Positions 56,071-64,000 of a stretch of DNA of 64,000 nucleotides are shown here, one piece after another. The DNA lies in contig CAWBMP010000002.1 of NCBI GenBank assembly GCA_963790025.1, positions 256,001 through 320,000 on the forward strand, in the 5' to 3' direction. Every line of letters begins with the position of its first letter. The first letter of the stretch is position 1. The notes beneath the pieces were generated by a model. It had not been told where the DNA came from and ran no database searches. It saw nothing but the letters and a program-made list of their open reading frames with translations. The translations under genes were made by a program, and so were the position numbers. The DNA is from Nitrospirota bacterium. GTDB taxonomy: Bacteria; Nitrospirota; Thermodesulfovibrionia; Thermodesulfovibrionales; Dissulfurispiraceae.

Positions 56071-56860
56071 CGATAAAAACTTTGTTCACAACGTCTTTGT
56101 CCACCCAGAGTTTATTTTCAGAGAAGCCTGTAAGCAGAGAAAGGTCGCATATCTGGTTTACCCTCCGCGGCACCCCCTTTGTATGCTGGTGTATCAGTTC
56201 TATAGCATCCATTGTAAATATCGGGTCATTGGTCCTTCCCGCCTTCTTCAATCTGTAGAATATATAATTTTTTGTATCGGGCAGAGAAAGGTGCCTCAAA
56301 TGGAATTTTATGGTAAGTCTCTGCTCAAGCGGGAGTATGCGGTGGACTGTTTTCCTCAACTCAGGCTGGCCTATAAGCACAAGTGTAATAAGGAACCTGC
56401 CATCCAGCTGAAAATTCAGAAGCAGCCTCATCTCCTCCAGGATTCTCACATCCGTAATCAGATGCGCCTCGTCTACTATCAGGACCGTTCTTTTCCCGTT
56501 GTTATAGTTCTTGACTAATCGATCATTTATCTCGTGTAACAGGTCCAGTTTGCCGGTAGATTGGGTCTTAACATCCAACCGGAATAAAATCTCCCTCAAA
56601 AAATCATTGAGATCAAGTGTAGGGTTGGAAACTATTCCGACATTGATACCTCTTTCCGTCAGTCTTTTTTCCACAACCTTTATAATTGTCGTCTTTCCCG
56701 TCCCTACCTCGCCTGTAAACAAAACACCGCCTTTATCATATGTTATGCCATAGAATATCCTTGCTCTTGCTTCCTCATGAACAACAGACGGAAAATAAGT
56801 GTCAGGCGTGCTTACATTCTGGAATGGTAATGTCGCTAAACCCCAATAACTTTCGTACAC
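56039..56860 (-). CDS. ExeA/GspA-family AAA ATPase
   Basis: YESYWGL..PF, GEVGTGKTT, VDEAH, LIGQPEL, GVPRRVNQIC. Confidence 0.92.
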   Translation of the reverse strand: MYESYWGLATLPFQNVSTPDTYFPSVVHEEARARIFYGITYDKGGVLFTGEVGTGKTTIIKVVEKRLTERGINVGIVSNPTLDLNDFLREILFRLDVKTQSTGKLDLLHEINDRLVKNYNNGKRTVLIVDEAHLITDVRILEEMRLLLNFQLDGRFLITLVLIGQPELRKTVHRILPLEQRLTIKFHLRHLSLPDTKNYIFYRLKKAGRTNDPIFTMDAIELIHQHTKGVPRRVNQICDLSLLTGFSENKLWVDKDVVNKVFIDERKHGYSDD

Positions 56861-56956
56861 ACTATCCTTTTGACCCTCACCCTAACTGGCGAAGCGCTAC
56901 AATTTGGCAACAAAATGTTGTATCGGTATCTTCACAAAATAAAATAATACTATGGC

Positions 56957-56986
56957 ATTATATATAAATTTTCCTTATAGTGTCAA
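56957..56986 (-). promoter_or_regulatory. Sigma70 promoter driving the polysaccharide/RiPP cluster
   Basis: Minus strand TTGACA-18 nt-TATAAT, ~100 nt upstream of the ExeA-like gene. Confidence 0.75.
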
Positions 56987-57085
56987 TGTCTTGAAAGGGA
57001 GATGCCGCTATTCAGGAAACAACACATTATGATACTGCCGGCCAGTGTTTAAAGCCGGAGCCAACGGCTGAGTTCGATACAAAAG

Positions 57086-57113
57086 TTGCATAAATTCGGA
57101 AAAGTCCTATAAT
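57086..57113 (+). promoter_or_regulatory. Sigma70 promoter of tRNA-Sec
   Basis: TTGCAT-16 nt-TATAAT ending 9 nt before the tRNA. Confidence 0.7.
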
Positions 57114-57122
57114 ATCCAGCAT

Positions 57123-57220
57123 GGGAGTGCATAGGGTTCTGGTGTCCCTCCTGGACTTCAAATCCAGTGTTGCCGGCCACAAACCGGCAGGGTGGGTTCG
57201 ATTCCCACACGCTCCCGCCA
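57123..57220 (+). tRNA. selC: tRNA-Sec (anticodon TCA)
   Basis: 98 nt; anticodon arm CTGGA-CTTCAAA-TCCAG, long variable arm TGCCGG..CCGGCA, T arm GTGGG-TTCGATT-CCCAC, 3' GCCA. Confidence 0.95.
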
Positions 57221-57227
57221 GTTAACA

Positions 57228-57530
57228 TCAGTTAGGCTTACCGACTGCCGTGCTTAAATCAGATTCGTTCGTGATGGGGGGTTGAATATGATGACAATTT
57301 ATTATCGTAAGTTTCTTCTTCGCTTTCCCGGATATTTTCTGCAGACATAATATCTGTTCCACGAAAAACTCATCGGTTTCCGAGACGTCTTTGAAATCCA
57401 TTATCAGATGCTCTGAATTGCTTAATCCTACAAAGAAAGCTTTTTTGAGTTTGGCAGCATTCCCGGACGTAAATTTACCGTAAAGCTTTAAAACGCCGAA
57501 GCCGTTGTGTTGCTCGAAATTAAAAGACAT
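57228..57530 (-). CDS. STAS-domain (anti-sigma antagonist-like) protein
   Basis: VLKLYGKFT..LIMDFKDVSETD; AGGAGAG RBS. Confidence 0.7.
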   Translation of the reverse strand: MSFNFEQHNGFGVLKLYGKFTSGNAAKLKKAFFVGLSNSEHLIMDFKDVSETDEFFVEQILCLQKISGKAKKKLTIINCHHIQPPITNESDLSTAVGKPN

Positions 57531-57749
57531 TTATACCGGCCCTCTCCTTGGCCCTAAACATTGCACGGCAATTCAGGAAATATATCATTTAGGATACAAT
57601 TTATTTGTTACAGCAATATTAATACATTGTTGTAAATCGGTTACATTCCCGGATCCACTTTTTGAACCTGTAATATTCCTGTAACAAGTCTCTGTTATAG
57701 TAATGTATTCATTCAATCTGACATAGTAACCGGCAAGCGTGTAATAAAT

Positions 57750-58337
57750 ATGCTTGAGTTCATTCGCTCCACTTATTTTCAGGGTCTGCTGAACAGCTTT
57801 TCGGCTGGAGTTGTGATCTTCAACTCCGAGGGCCTTGTTTATGCAGTGAATGAATCAGCGTACTCTATCCTTGACCTGGAAATGGGGGAGCAATTCAGAA
57901 AACTATGGGTGGAACTCTTTGCAGGGTTTGAACAGAAGGAACCGCTCAAAGAAATCACATGGGAAGTCGAAACAGAGCCATGTGAACTACTTGCAGACTG
58001 CAGAGAGCTTTCCATGGGTATTGCAGAAATATTTGCAAATTCAATCGAATCCATTGCTGCGTCTCGTGGCGCGATAAAAGTTTACGGGTCCATGCATGAG
58101 GGGATATACCTTCTGGAAATCACAGATACAGGCAAGGGCATACACCCAGGGAATCTGCAATTTGTTTTCGATCCATTTTTCACAACGAAAACGGTGGGGG
58201 TAGGTATGGGTTTGTGCAAGGCCGAAAAGACCATAAAAGATCATGAAGGCAGCATCGTTGTCAGAAACGCTGACGGCGGGGGCACAACTGTATCCATAGA
58301 ATTCAAGCTGCCTAAGTATACCGGACTCACCGCCTGA
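57750..58337 (+). pseudogene. PAS fragment joined to HATPase; histidine kinase lacking HisKA
   Basis: Partial PAS N-terminus runs directly into DTGKGI..FDPFFTTK..GMGL; no H-box. Confidence 0.65.
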
Positions 58338-60438
58338 CTGCCAGTACCCCGTCGATTTGCGAAATCTTATTTACAAGTGAAACAACCTGGCCCCTGTTTT
58401 TGACTTCAAGCGTACATTCAAGCACTGCCCGTTGATCGTGCGTTGATGCGGCCTGCAGATGGCTGATATTAACATTGGCTCCGGATACAAGCGCGGTAAT
58501 GCCGGCGAGGATGCCGGGTTTGTCCATGCACTCTATATGGAGTTTTACTGTTGCGGTAATATCGGAGTCCTGGCTCCATTCCACCTCTATAAGCCGTGCA
58601 CTGTCAACGGCAAGCCGCTCGAGATTGTGGCAGTTCCTCCGGTGAATGGTCACTCCTTTTCCTATTGTGATAAAACCTGCTATGTCGTCCCCGGGCACCG
58701 GGAAACAACATCTGCCGATGTGATACATAACGTTGTCGATTCCGGTGATCGTTATGATGCTTCTGCCTTCCTTATGCGGCTTCGTAACCTTCGGAACGAC
58801 TTCCGCCTCCTCTTTCTCCGGCACAAATTTGTTGACGACCTGGTGGGCGGAAACCTTCCCATAGCCGACAGAGACATAAAGGTCCTCGATTGACATAAGG
58901 CTGAAGGATTTTATGATATCTTCCATTTTCTCAGATTTAAGCACTGAAAGGGGCAACCCATGCCGCTTGATCTCGTCTTCCAGAAGCTTTGTCCCCAGTT
59001 CACTGCTCTTTTTCCGTTCCTCAGTTTTCAGCCACTGCTTGATCCTGGTCCTTGCCCGCTGCGTTACTACAAACTTCAACCAATCCTTGCTCGGGCCGTG
59101 TGTAGGGGAGGTAATTATATCCACGACATCGCCGCTATTCAATGTGTACCGCAAAGGTACGATTCTGCCGTTGGCCTTTGCACCGACACATTTGTGGCCG
59201 ACCTGTGTATGAATGCTGTAGGCGAAGTCGACGGGTGTGGAGCCCACCGGCAGTTCCTTAATGTCGCCTTTGGGCGTAAAAACGTACACGGTCTCCGGGA
59301 CCACTTCTCCCTTGACCGCTTCAAGAAACTCCTTTGCGTCGGAAATGTCCTTCACCAACTCTCGCAGCCAGGCAATAAAGCGTGCGTTTTTCTTGTCAAG
59401 GCTGTCTTTTTCCTTGTACCTCCAGTGAGCGGCGATGCCATCTTCGGCAAGTTCATTCATATCATCGGTGCGGATCTGAAATTCCACCCGGTCCCCTCCC
59501 GGCCCGACTACTGTGGTATGGAGCGATTGGTACATGTTCGACTTGGGAAGGCTTATAAAATCCTTGAATCTGCCCGGTACGAGCGGCCATAAAGAATGGA
59601 GAATACCGAGTATGTCGTAGCAGTGACCCACAGTGTCCGTTATGACCCTGATTCCTATAACATCCTGCACCTGCTCAAACGGGATCTTCTGTGTGATCAT
59701 CTTCTGGTAAATGCCGTAATAATGCTTGATCCGGCCTTTTAACACGGCAGGAATGCCTGCCTGCCTGAGTTTTTCAGATATGATGTCCTTTACCTCGCCG
59801 ATGTAACGGTCCTGCTCCTCCCTGCGTTTCGCAACCTTCTTTTCAAGCTCGCTGTACAGGTCCGGCATAAGCGCCCTGAAGCTCAGGTCCTCAAACTCCG
59901 TACGCAGCCAACCTATGCCCAGCCTGTTGGACAGCGGGGCATAAATATCGAGGGTCTCTCGTGCAATTCTTTTTCGTCGTTCCTCGGGCAGATGTTCAAT
60001 TGTCCTCATATTGTGGAGCCTGTCGGCAAATTTGATGAGTATGACCCGCACGTCCTTGGACATGGCGAGGAGCATTTTCCTGAAATTCTCGGCCTGGGCG
60101 TCCTCCTTGGTCTGGGACTCCACCTTCGACAATTTCGTCAGGGCATCAACCAAAAAAGCGATCTCGTTTCCGAATAATTCCCGTATATCGTCGGTTGACA
60201 TGCCGGTATCTTCAACCGTATCGTGCAACAGGCCTGCAGCTATCGTTGCGGTATCGAGTTTCATATCCGCAAGGAGGTCGGCAACGGAGAGCGGATGGGA
60301 TATGTAGGGAGACCCCTCTTCCCGCCGCTGGCTGCAGTGGGCCTCGCTGGAAAATATGTACGCTTTTTTTATGCGGTCGACATTTGCCTTTGGATTGTAT
60401 GCCAAAACTTTTTCTATAACACTTTCGACCGTAACCAT
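58327..60438 (-). CDS. spoT: Bifunctional (p)ppGpp synthase/hydrolase (RelA/SpoT)
   Basis: LLHDTVED, KFADRLHNMRT, YQSLHT, EFQIRT, TGS (DFAYSIHT), CCFPVPGD, ACT domain. Confidence 0.95.
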   Translation of the reverse strand: MVTVESVIEKVLAYNPKANVDRIKKAYIFSSEAHCSQRREEGSPYISHPLSVADLLADMKLDTATIAAGLLHDTVEDTGMSTDDIRELFGNEIAFLVDALTKLSKVESQTKEDAQAENFRKMLLAMSKDVRVILIKFADRLHNMRTIEHLPEERRKRIARETLDIYAPLSNRLGIGWLRTEFEDLSFRALMPDLYSELEKKVAKRREEQDRYIGEVKDIISEKLRQAGIPAVLKGRIKHYYGIYQKMITQKIPFEQVQDVIGIRVITDTVGHCYDILGILHSLWPLVPGRFKDFISLPKSNMYQSLHTTVVGPGGDRVEFQIRTDDMNELAEDGIAAHWRYKEKDSLDKKNARFIAWLRELVKDISDAKEFLEAVKGEVVPETVYVFTPKGDIKELPVGSTPVDFAYSIHTQVGHKCVGAKANGRIVPLRYTLNSGDVVDIITSPTHGPSKDWLKFVVTQRARTRIKQWLKTEERKKSSELGTKLLEDEIKRHGLPLSVLKSEKMEDIIKSFSLMSIEDLYVSVGYGKVSAHQVVNKFVPEKEEAEVVPKVTKPHKEGRSIITITGIDNVMYHIGRCCFPVPGDDIAGFITIGKGVTIHRRNCHNLERLAVDSARLIEVEWSQDSDITATVKLHIECMDKPGILAGITALVSGANVNISHLQAASTHDQRAVLECTLEVKNRGQVVSLVNKISQIDGVLAVRR

Positions 60439-60480
60439 CTATGATTATAACTCCATGATGTTATGTTATGATAGTGCTTT

Positions 60481-61737
60481 ATGGACACTTTAATAATTCG
60501 GGGCGGCAAATCACTTAAGGGAGAAGTCGCCATAAGCGGCGCTAAAAACGCTGCGCTGCCGATTCTTGCAGCGTCCGTTCTGGCCTCCGGCGAAAGCAGG
60601 TTTACCGGTATCCCGGAGCTTAGAGATGTTGCCACAATGGGAAAACTCCTTTCCACGATGGGCTGCAGGTTCGGGTATATGGACGGGAAAGCAGCCATAG
60701 ACAGTGCTTCCATTAACAGTTTTGAGGCGCCTTATGAGCTGGTGAAGACCATGCGGGCCTCGGTACTTGTCCTGGGCCCGCTCCTCGCCAGATACGGGAA
60801 GGCCCGAGTTTCCCTCCCCGGAGGGTGTGCCATCGGCGCCAGACCAATCAATCTCCACTTGATGGGCCTTGAAAAAATGGGCGCCAAAATCAAGCTTGAA
60901 GGTGGATATGTCATTGCCGCGGCAAACCGGCTGAAAGGAGTCTCCATTTATTTCGATACCGTTACCGTAACCGGCACGGAAAATCTGATGATGGCTGCTG
61001 CCCTTGCCAGGGGCACAACCATCCTCGAAAACGCGGCGCGGGAGCCGGAGGTCATAGACCTCGCCAGATGTCTCACCTCAATGGGTGCCCTGATAAAAGG
61101 CGCAGGGGAAAGCGTCATCGAGATAGAAGGGGTCGATGCTTTAAACCCGGTGAAGGGCCACGAAGTTATTCCTGACAGGATTGAGGCAGGAACGTTTATG
61201 GCCATTGCAGGCATCTGCGGCGGCGATCTGCTCCTCAAAAATTGCAGGGCCGATCATCTGGATGCGGTAATCATAAAGCTGAAAGACGCCGGGCTATTAT
61301 TTAAAGTTACGAAAAAGGGTCTCAGGGTTACAGGGCCGGGTCGTCCGGTAGCGGCCGACCTGAAGACAATACCCCATCCGGGGTTTCCCACCGATATGCA
61401 GGCACAGTTCATGGCAATGATGACAGTCGCCAAGGGAACAAGTGTTATAAAAGAGACCGTGTTCGAAAACAGATACATGCACGTTGCAGAGCTCAAGAGA
61501 ATGGGAGCCGACATACGCATCGAGAGCGGCACCGCAACGGTCAGGGGAGTAGAGCAGCTCAAAGGGGCCCCTGTAATGGCGACCGATTTAAGGGCATCGG
61601 CATCGCTTGTCGTTGCCGCACTCCGCGCCCGGGGTGAGACGAAGATCAGCAGAATTTACCATCTTGACAGAGGCTACGAAAAAATGGATGAAAAACTTCG
61701 CAAGATCGGGGCCGATGTGAACAGGGCCCGTGAATAG
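60481..61737 (+). CDS. murA: UDP-N-acetylglucosamine 1-carboxyvinyltransferase
   Basis: GAKNAALP, LPGGCAIGARP, PGFPTDMQ, DLRA, HLDRGY. Confidence 0.97.
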   Translation: MDTLIIRGGKSLKGEVAISGAKNAALPILAASVLASGESRFTGIPELRDVATMGKLLSTMGCRFGYMDGKAAIDSASINSFEAPYELVKTMRASVLVLGPLLARYGKARVSLPGGCAIGARPINLHLMGLEKMGAKIKLEGGYVIAAANRLKGVSIYFDTVTVTGTENLMMAAALARGTTILENAAREPEVIDLARCLTSMGALIKGAGESVIEIEGVDALNPVKGHEVIPDRIEAGTFMAIAGICGGDLLLKNCRADHLDAVIIKLKDAGLLFKVTKKGLRVTGPGRPVAADLKTIPHPGFPTDMQAQFMAMMTVAKGTSVIKETVFENRYMHVAELKRMGADIRIESGTATVRGVEQLKGAPVMATDLRASASLVVAALRARGETKISRIYHLDRGYEKMDEKLRKIGADVNRARE

Positions 61738-61744
61738 TTGTTGA

Positions 61745-63484
61745 TCACTTCTTAAACATCTTTCTTAATTCTTCGAGAGAAATAAAAATCCGGGTCGGTC
61801 TTCCGTGAGGGCAGCAGTGGGGGTTGTCCGCCGCATCAAGGGATTTCAACAGCTCAGCCACCCTCATACCATCAGGTATCTCCTTTCCCCTTATTGAAGT
61901 GTGGCATGCCAGGCGGGCCGCAATCAATTTTCTCATTGACTCAACCGGTTCAACCTCTCTTATGTGCCCCTCAGCTCCCTGAGGGTTTTTGGCGGCACAT
62001 ACTCCAGGTATTTCCAGAAGAGATGAGGCGATATCGGTCAAAATAGAAAGAGGATCGCCGTCCCTGAGCACCTCTGGAATACTACGTATAAGAATTGTAT
62101 CGTGGCCGAAATCCTCAGCCTCGATCCCGACCTCGTTAAGCAAGTGCAATTGATCAAGAAGGACAGTATATTCACCACGCTGTAATTTCACCTGCTGCGG
62201 GAAAAGCAGGCGGTGGGGCTGGATATCGATTTTTTTCAGAAATCTTTCGTAATTGACCCTTTCGTGAGCGGCGTGATAATCAAGCAGGACAAGCCCTCCG
62301 CTGCCCCTGACAGCAATAAAGGTATCACCAAGGTACAGAATCGGTAGCGGACCTGTGGCGAAGGCGCCTGTCTCTTCGGAAATGAGACTATGGGAAAAAA
62401 CAGGGACAGCGCCCGTTTTTGTTTCAAAAACGGGCGCTGTCCCTGTTTTTTCCGAATCAGCAAAGCCGAATCCAGTATCTTTTTTTAAACCTTCCTTAAC
62501 GGTATGGTACACATAATTAAATATGCTGCTCTTGTCCGCAAAACGCACTTCCCTCTTTGTAGGATGGACGTTGAAATCGACCCGGCCCGGATCGATTTCA
62601 AGAAAGATAAAAAAAGCCGGATGTGTCTCTTTCCGGGCCAATCCCTCATAAGCTTTGTAAACAGCATAAGTAAGGGATTGGTCCTTTACAGGACGTCTGT
62701 TCACAAAGAGAAACTGCATGCTCTTATTATTTCTCATATGCGCCAGGCCACTGGTAAAAATGCTCACGCTCATCCCGCCGTCCCCGGCATCCGCGGTCCC
62801 ACACTCAAGCAGGCCGTCCATAAATTCTTTGCCGTAAAGCTGGACCACTCTTTCTCTCGTAGATGATGCGGCAGGCAGACTGAACACCTCGCCGCCGTCC
62901 ATCCTCAAAATAAAAAATATGTGCGGGTGTGATATTGCCTCCCTGGTGACGGTATCGATTATGTGATAGTTTTCGGTAGTATCCGATTTGAGAAATTTGC
63001 GGCGTGCGGGGGTATTGAAAAAAAGCTCCCTGACCTCAATCCCGGTCCCTGCCGCAGCGCAATCTTTCACCGTTTTTATTTCGCCACCATCAATCTCGAC
63101 GCGCGTCCCCGGAGCGCTGGAATCATTTTCGCCGCTCCGCATCGCCGTCATCAGTATCATCCTGGAAACAGCTGCCATGGAGGAAAGGGCCTCTCCGCGA
63201 AATCCCATGGTCTTTATGTTAAAAAGATCCTGCTCATCTCTAATCTTGCTCGTCGCATACCGCTCAAACGCATTCACAGCATCTTCCCGGTCCATACCGG
63301 TGCCGTTATCGGAGACATGAATAAGTTTTTTGCCGGCACGGACTGTTTCGACCGCGATACGGGTACTTGAGGCATCTATGGCATTTTCTAAGAGTTCTTT
63401 GACAACCGAGGCAGGGCGTTCAACCACTTCACCGGCTGCAATTTTATTGCGAAGATACACGGGCAGGACTGTAATAACAGGCAT
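61745..63484 (-). CDS. mutL: DNA mismatch repair endonuclease MutL
   Basis: IAAGEVVERPASVVKELLEN, GFRGEAL, NVHPTK, DYHAAHER, ACH, CPHGRP. Confidence 0.96.
   Translation of the reverse strand: MPVITVLPVYLRNKIAAGEVVERPASVVKELLENAIDASSTRIAVETVRAGKKLIHVSDNGTGMDREDAVNAFERYATSKIRDEQDLFNIKTMGFRGEALSSMAAVSRMILMTAMRSGENDSSAPGTRVEIDGGEIKTVKDCAAAGTGIEVRELFFNTPARRKFLKSDTTENYHIIDTVTREAISHPHIFFILRMDGGEVFSLPAASSTRERVVQLYGKEFMDGLLECGTADAGDGGMSVSIFTSGLAHMRNNKSMQFLFVNRRPVKDQSLTYAVYKAYEGLARKETHPAFFIFLEIDPGRVDFNVHPTKREVRFADKSSIFNYVYHTVKEGLKKDTGFGFADSEKTGTAPVFETKTGAVPVFSHSLISEETGAFATGPLPILYLGDTFIAVRGSGGLVLLDYHAAHERVNYERFLKKIDIQPHRLLFPQQVKLQRGEYTVLLDQLHLLNEVGIEAEDFGHDTILIRSIPEVLRDGDPLSILTDIASSLLEIPGVCAAKNPQGAEGHIREVEPVESMRKLIAARLACHTSIRGKEIPDGMRVAELLKSLDAADNPHCCPHGRPTRIFISLEELRKMFKK
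62393..62453. repeat. Perfect 29-bp inverted repeat with 3-nt loop inside mutL
   Basis: GGAAAAAACAGGGACAGCGCCCGTTTTTG-TTT-CAAAAACGGGCGCTGTCCCTGTTTTTTCC. Confidence 0.95.
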
Positions 63485-63586
63485 GAAATATTTTACCACA
63501 GGGAAACAGGGAAAAGATCTTACGTTATTTGCTATTATACAAATTGAACATTGTCTCTAAGCGGATAAGAGGAGGAGTGAAAAGAC

Positions 63587-64000
63587 ATGAAAAAAACACT
63601 CACAATATTTATATTTTGCCTGCTTTTGATGCCCACTGTCGTTTTTTCCATCGATGTTGATAAATCGGCAGATCTGATACTGCACAGAAATGTTTCCTGG
63701 CACGAGAAAGTCAAGGTGATAGACGAAGTTTCACCTCTGGGAAATGAAAAAATTTTGAACGCGCTAGTTACTGTTTATTATGATAGCTCCCTGCATTACG
63801 GCTGTCCGTCGATACTTTATCATACTGTAAATGGCCTGAGGTTTTATAAGGGAAATAAGAAAGCCTTAGGTGTTGTCAGGGACGGGATACATTACAATGA
63901 ACCCGAAATCAGGATGATAAGCCTGGAAGTTTTGGGTGTGATAGGCTCGGAAGAAGATATCGACATCCTGAGGCCTTTTTTAATGAGCAGTCGCCCTTTT
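63587..64000 (+). CDS. Exported HEAT-repeat-like protein, truncated by the window edge
   Basis: GGAGGAG RBS, signal peptide MKKTLTIFIFCLLLMPTVVFS, EPEIRMISLEVLGVIGSEEDIDILRPFL; open to the end. Confidence 0.7.
   Translation, partial: MKKTLTIFIFCLLLMPTVVFSIDVDKSADLILHRNVSWHEKVKVIDEVSPLGNEKILNALVTVYYDSSLHYGCPSILYHTVNGLRFYKGNKKALGVVRDGIHYNEPEIRMISLEVLGVIGSEEDIDILRPFLMSSRPF

Noticed and set aside
56875..56910. JUMPstart/ops element in the cluster leader
   Set aside because: Only a loose GTAGC..GCCAG resemblance; the GGCGGTAG core is absent.
21455..57220. Genomic island integrated at selC
   Set aside because: No integrase, no duplicated tRNA 3' end noticed, and the cluster lies on the 5' side of the tRNA.
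1..64000. CRISPR arrays, rRNA, transposases, in-window selenoproteins
   Set aside because: No spaced direct-repeat array, rRNA-like tract or transposase motif seen, and no TGA noticed at a conserved Cys position; the inspection was by eye only.

Overview
Chromosomal window from what is probably an anaerobic Gram-negative bacterium (Nitrospirota/Desulfobacterota-like is an impression from gene content only). Positions 1-21 kb hold signalling genes (FecR-TPR, a CHASE2 cyclase with degenerate catalytic motifs, a two-component pair and a frameshifted solute-symporter histidine kinase), an Mla/Mce-type operon with a degenerate ATPase, a Fur-family gene next to a collapsed catalase remnant, mutS2 and a sigma54-type por operon whose delta subunit carries a GltD-like flavoprotein. 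Positions 21.4-56.9 kb form one ~35 kb minus-strand surface-polysaccharide cluster. Its 5' end contains a RiPP-like cassette: PqqD/RRE, radical SAM-SPASM, an unannotated 53-aa Cys-rich precursor ending in Ser, an HprK-like kinase, and a single ORF fusing an S26 peptidase, a nucleotidyltransferase and a Wza-like export domain. This cassette is the best candidate for an undescribed system (a peptide-modified glycan or glycan-linked RiPP). The right end has tRNA-Sec, a STAS gene, a collapsed kinase, rel/spoT, murA and mutL with a perfect 29-bp palindrome inside it. All calls come from motif recognition by eye; no database searches were run.
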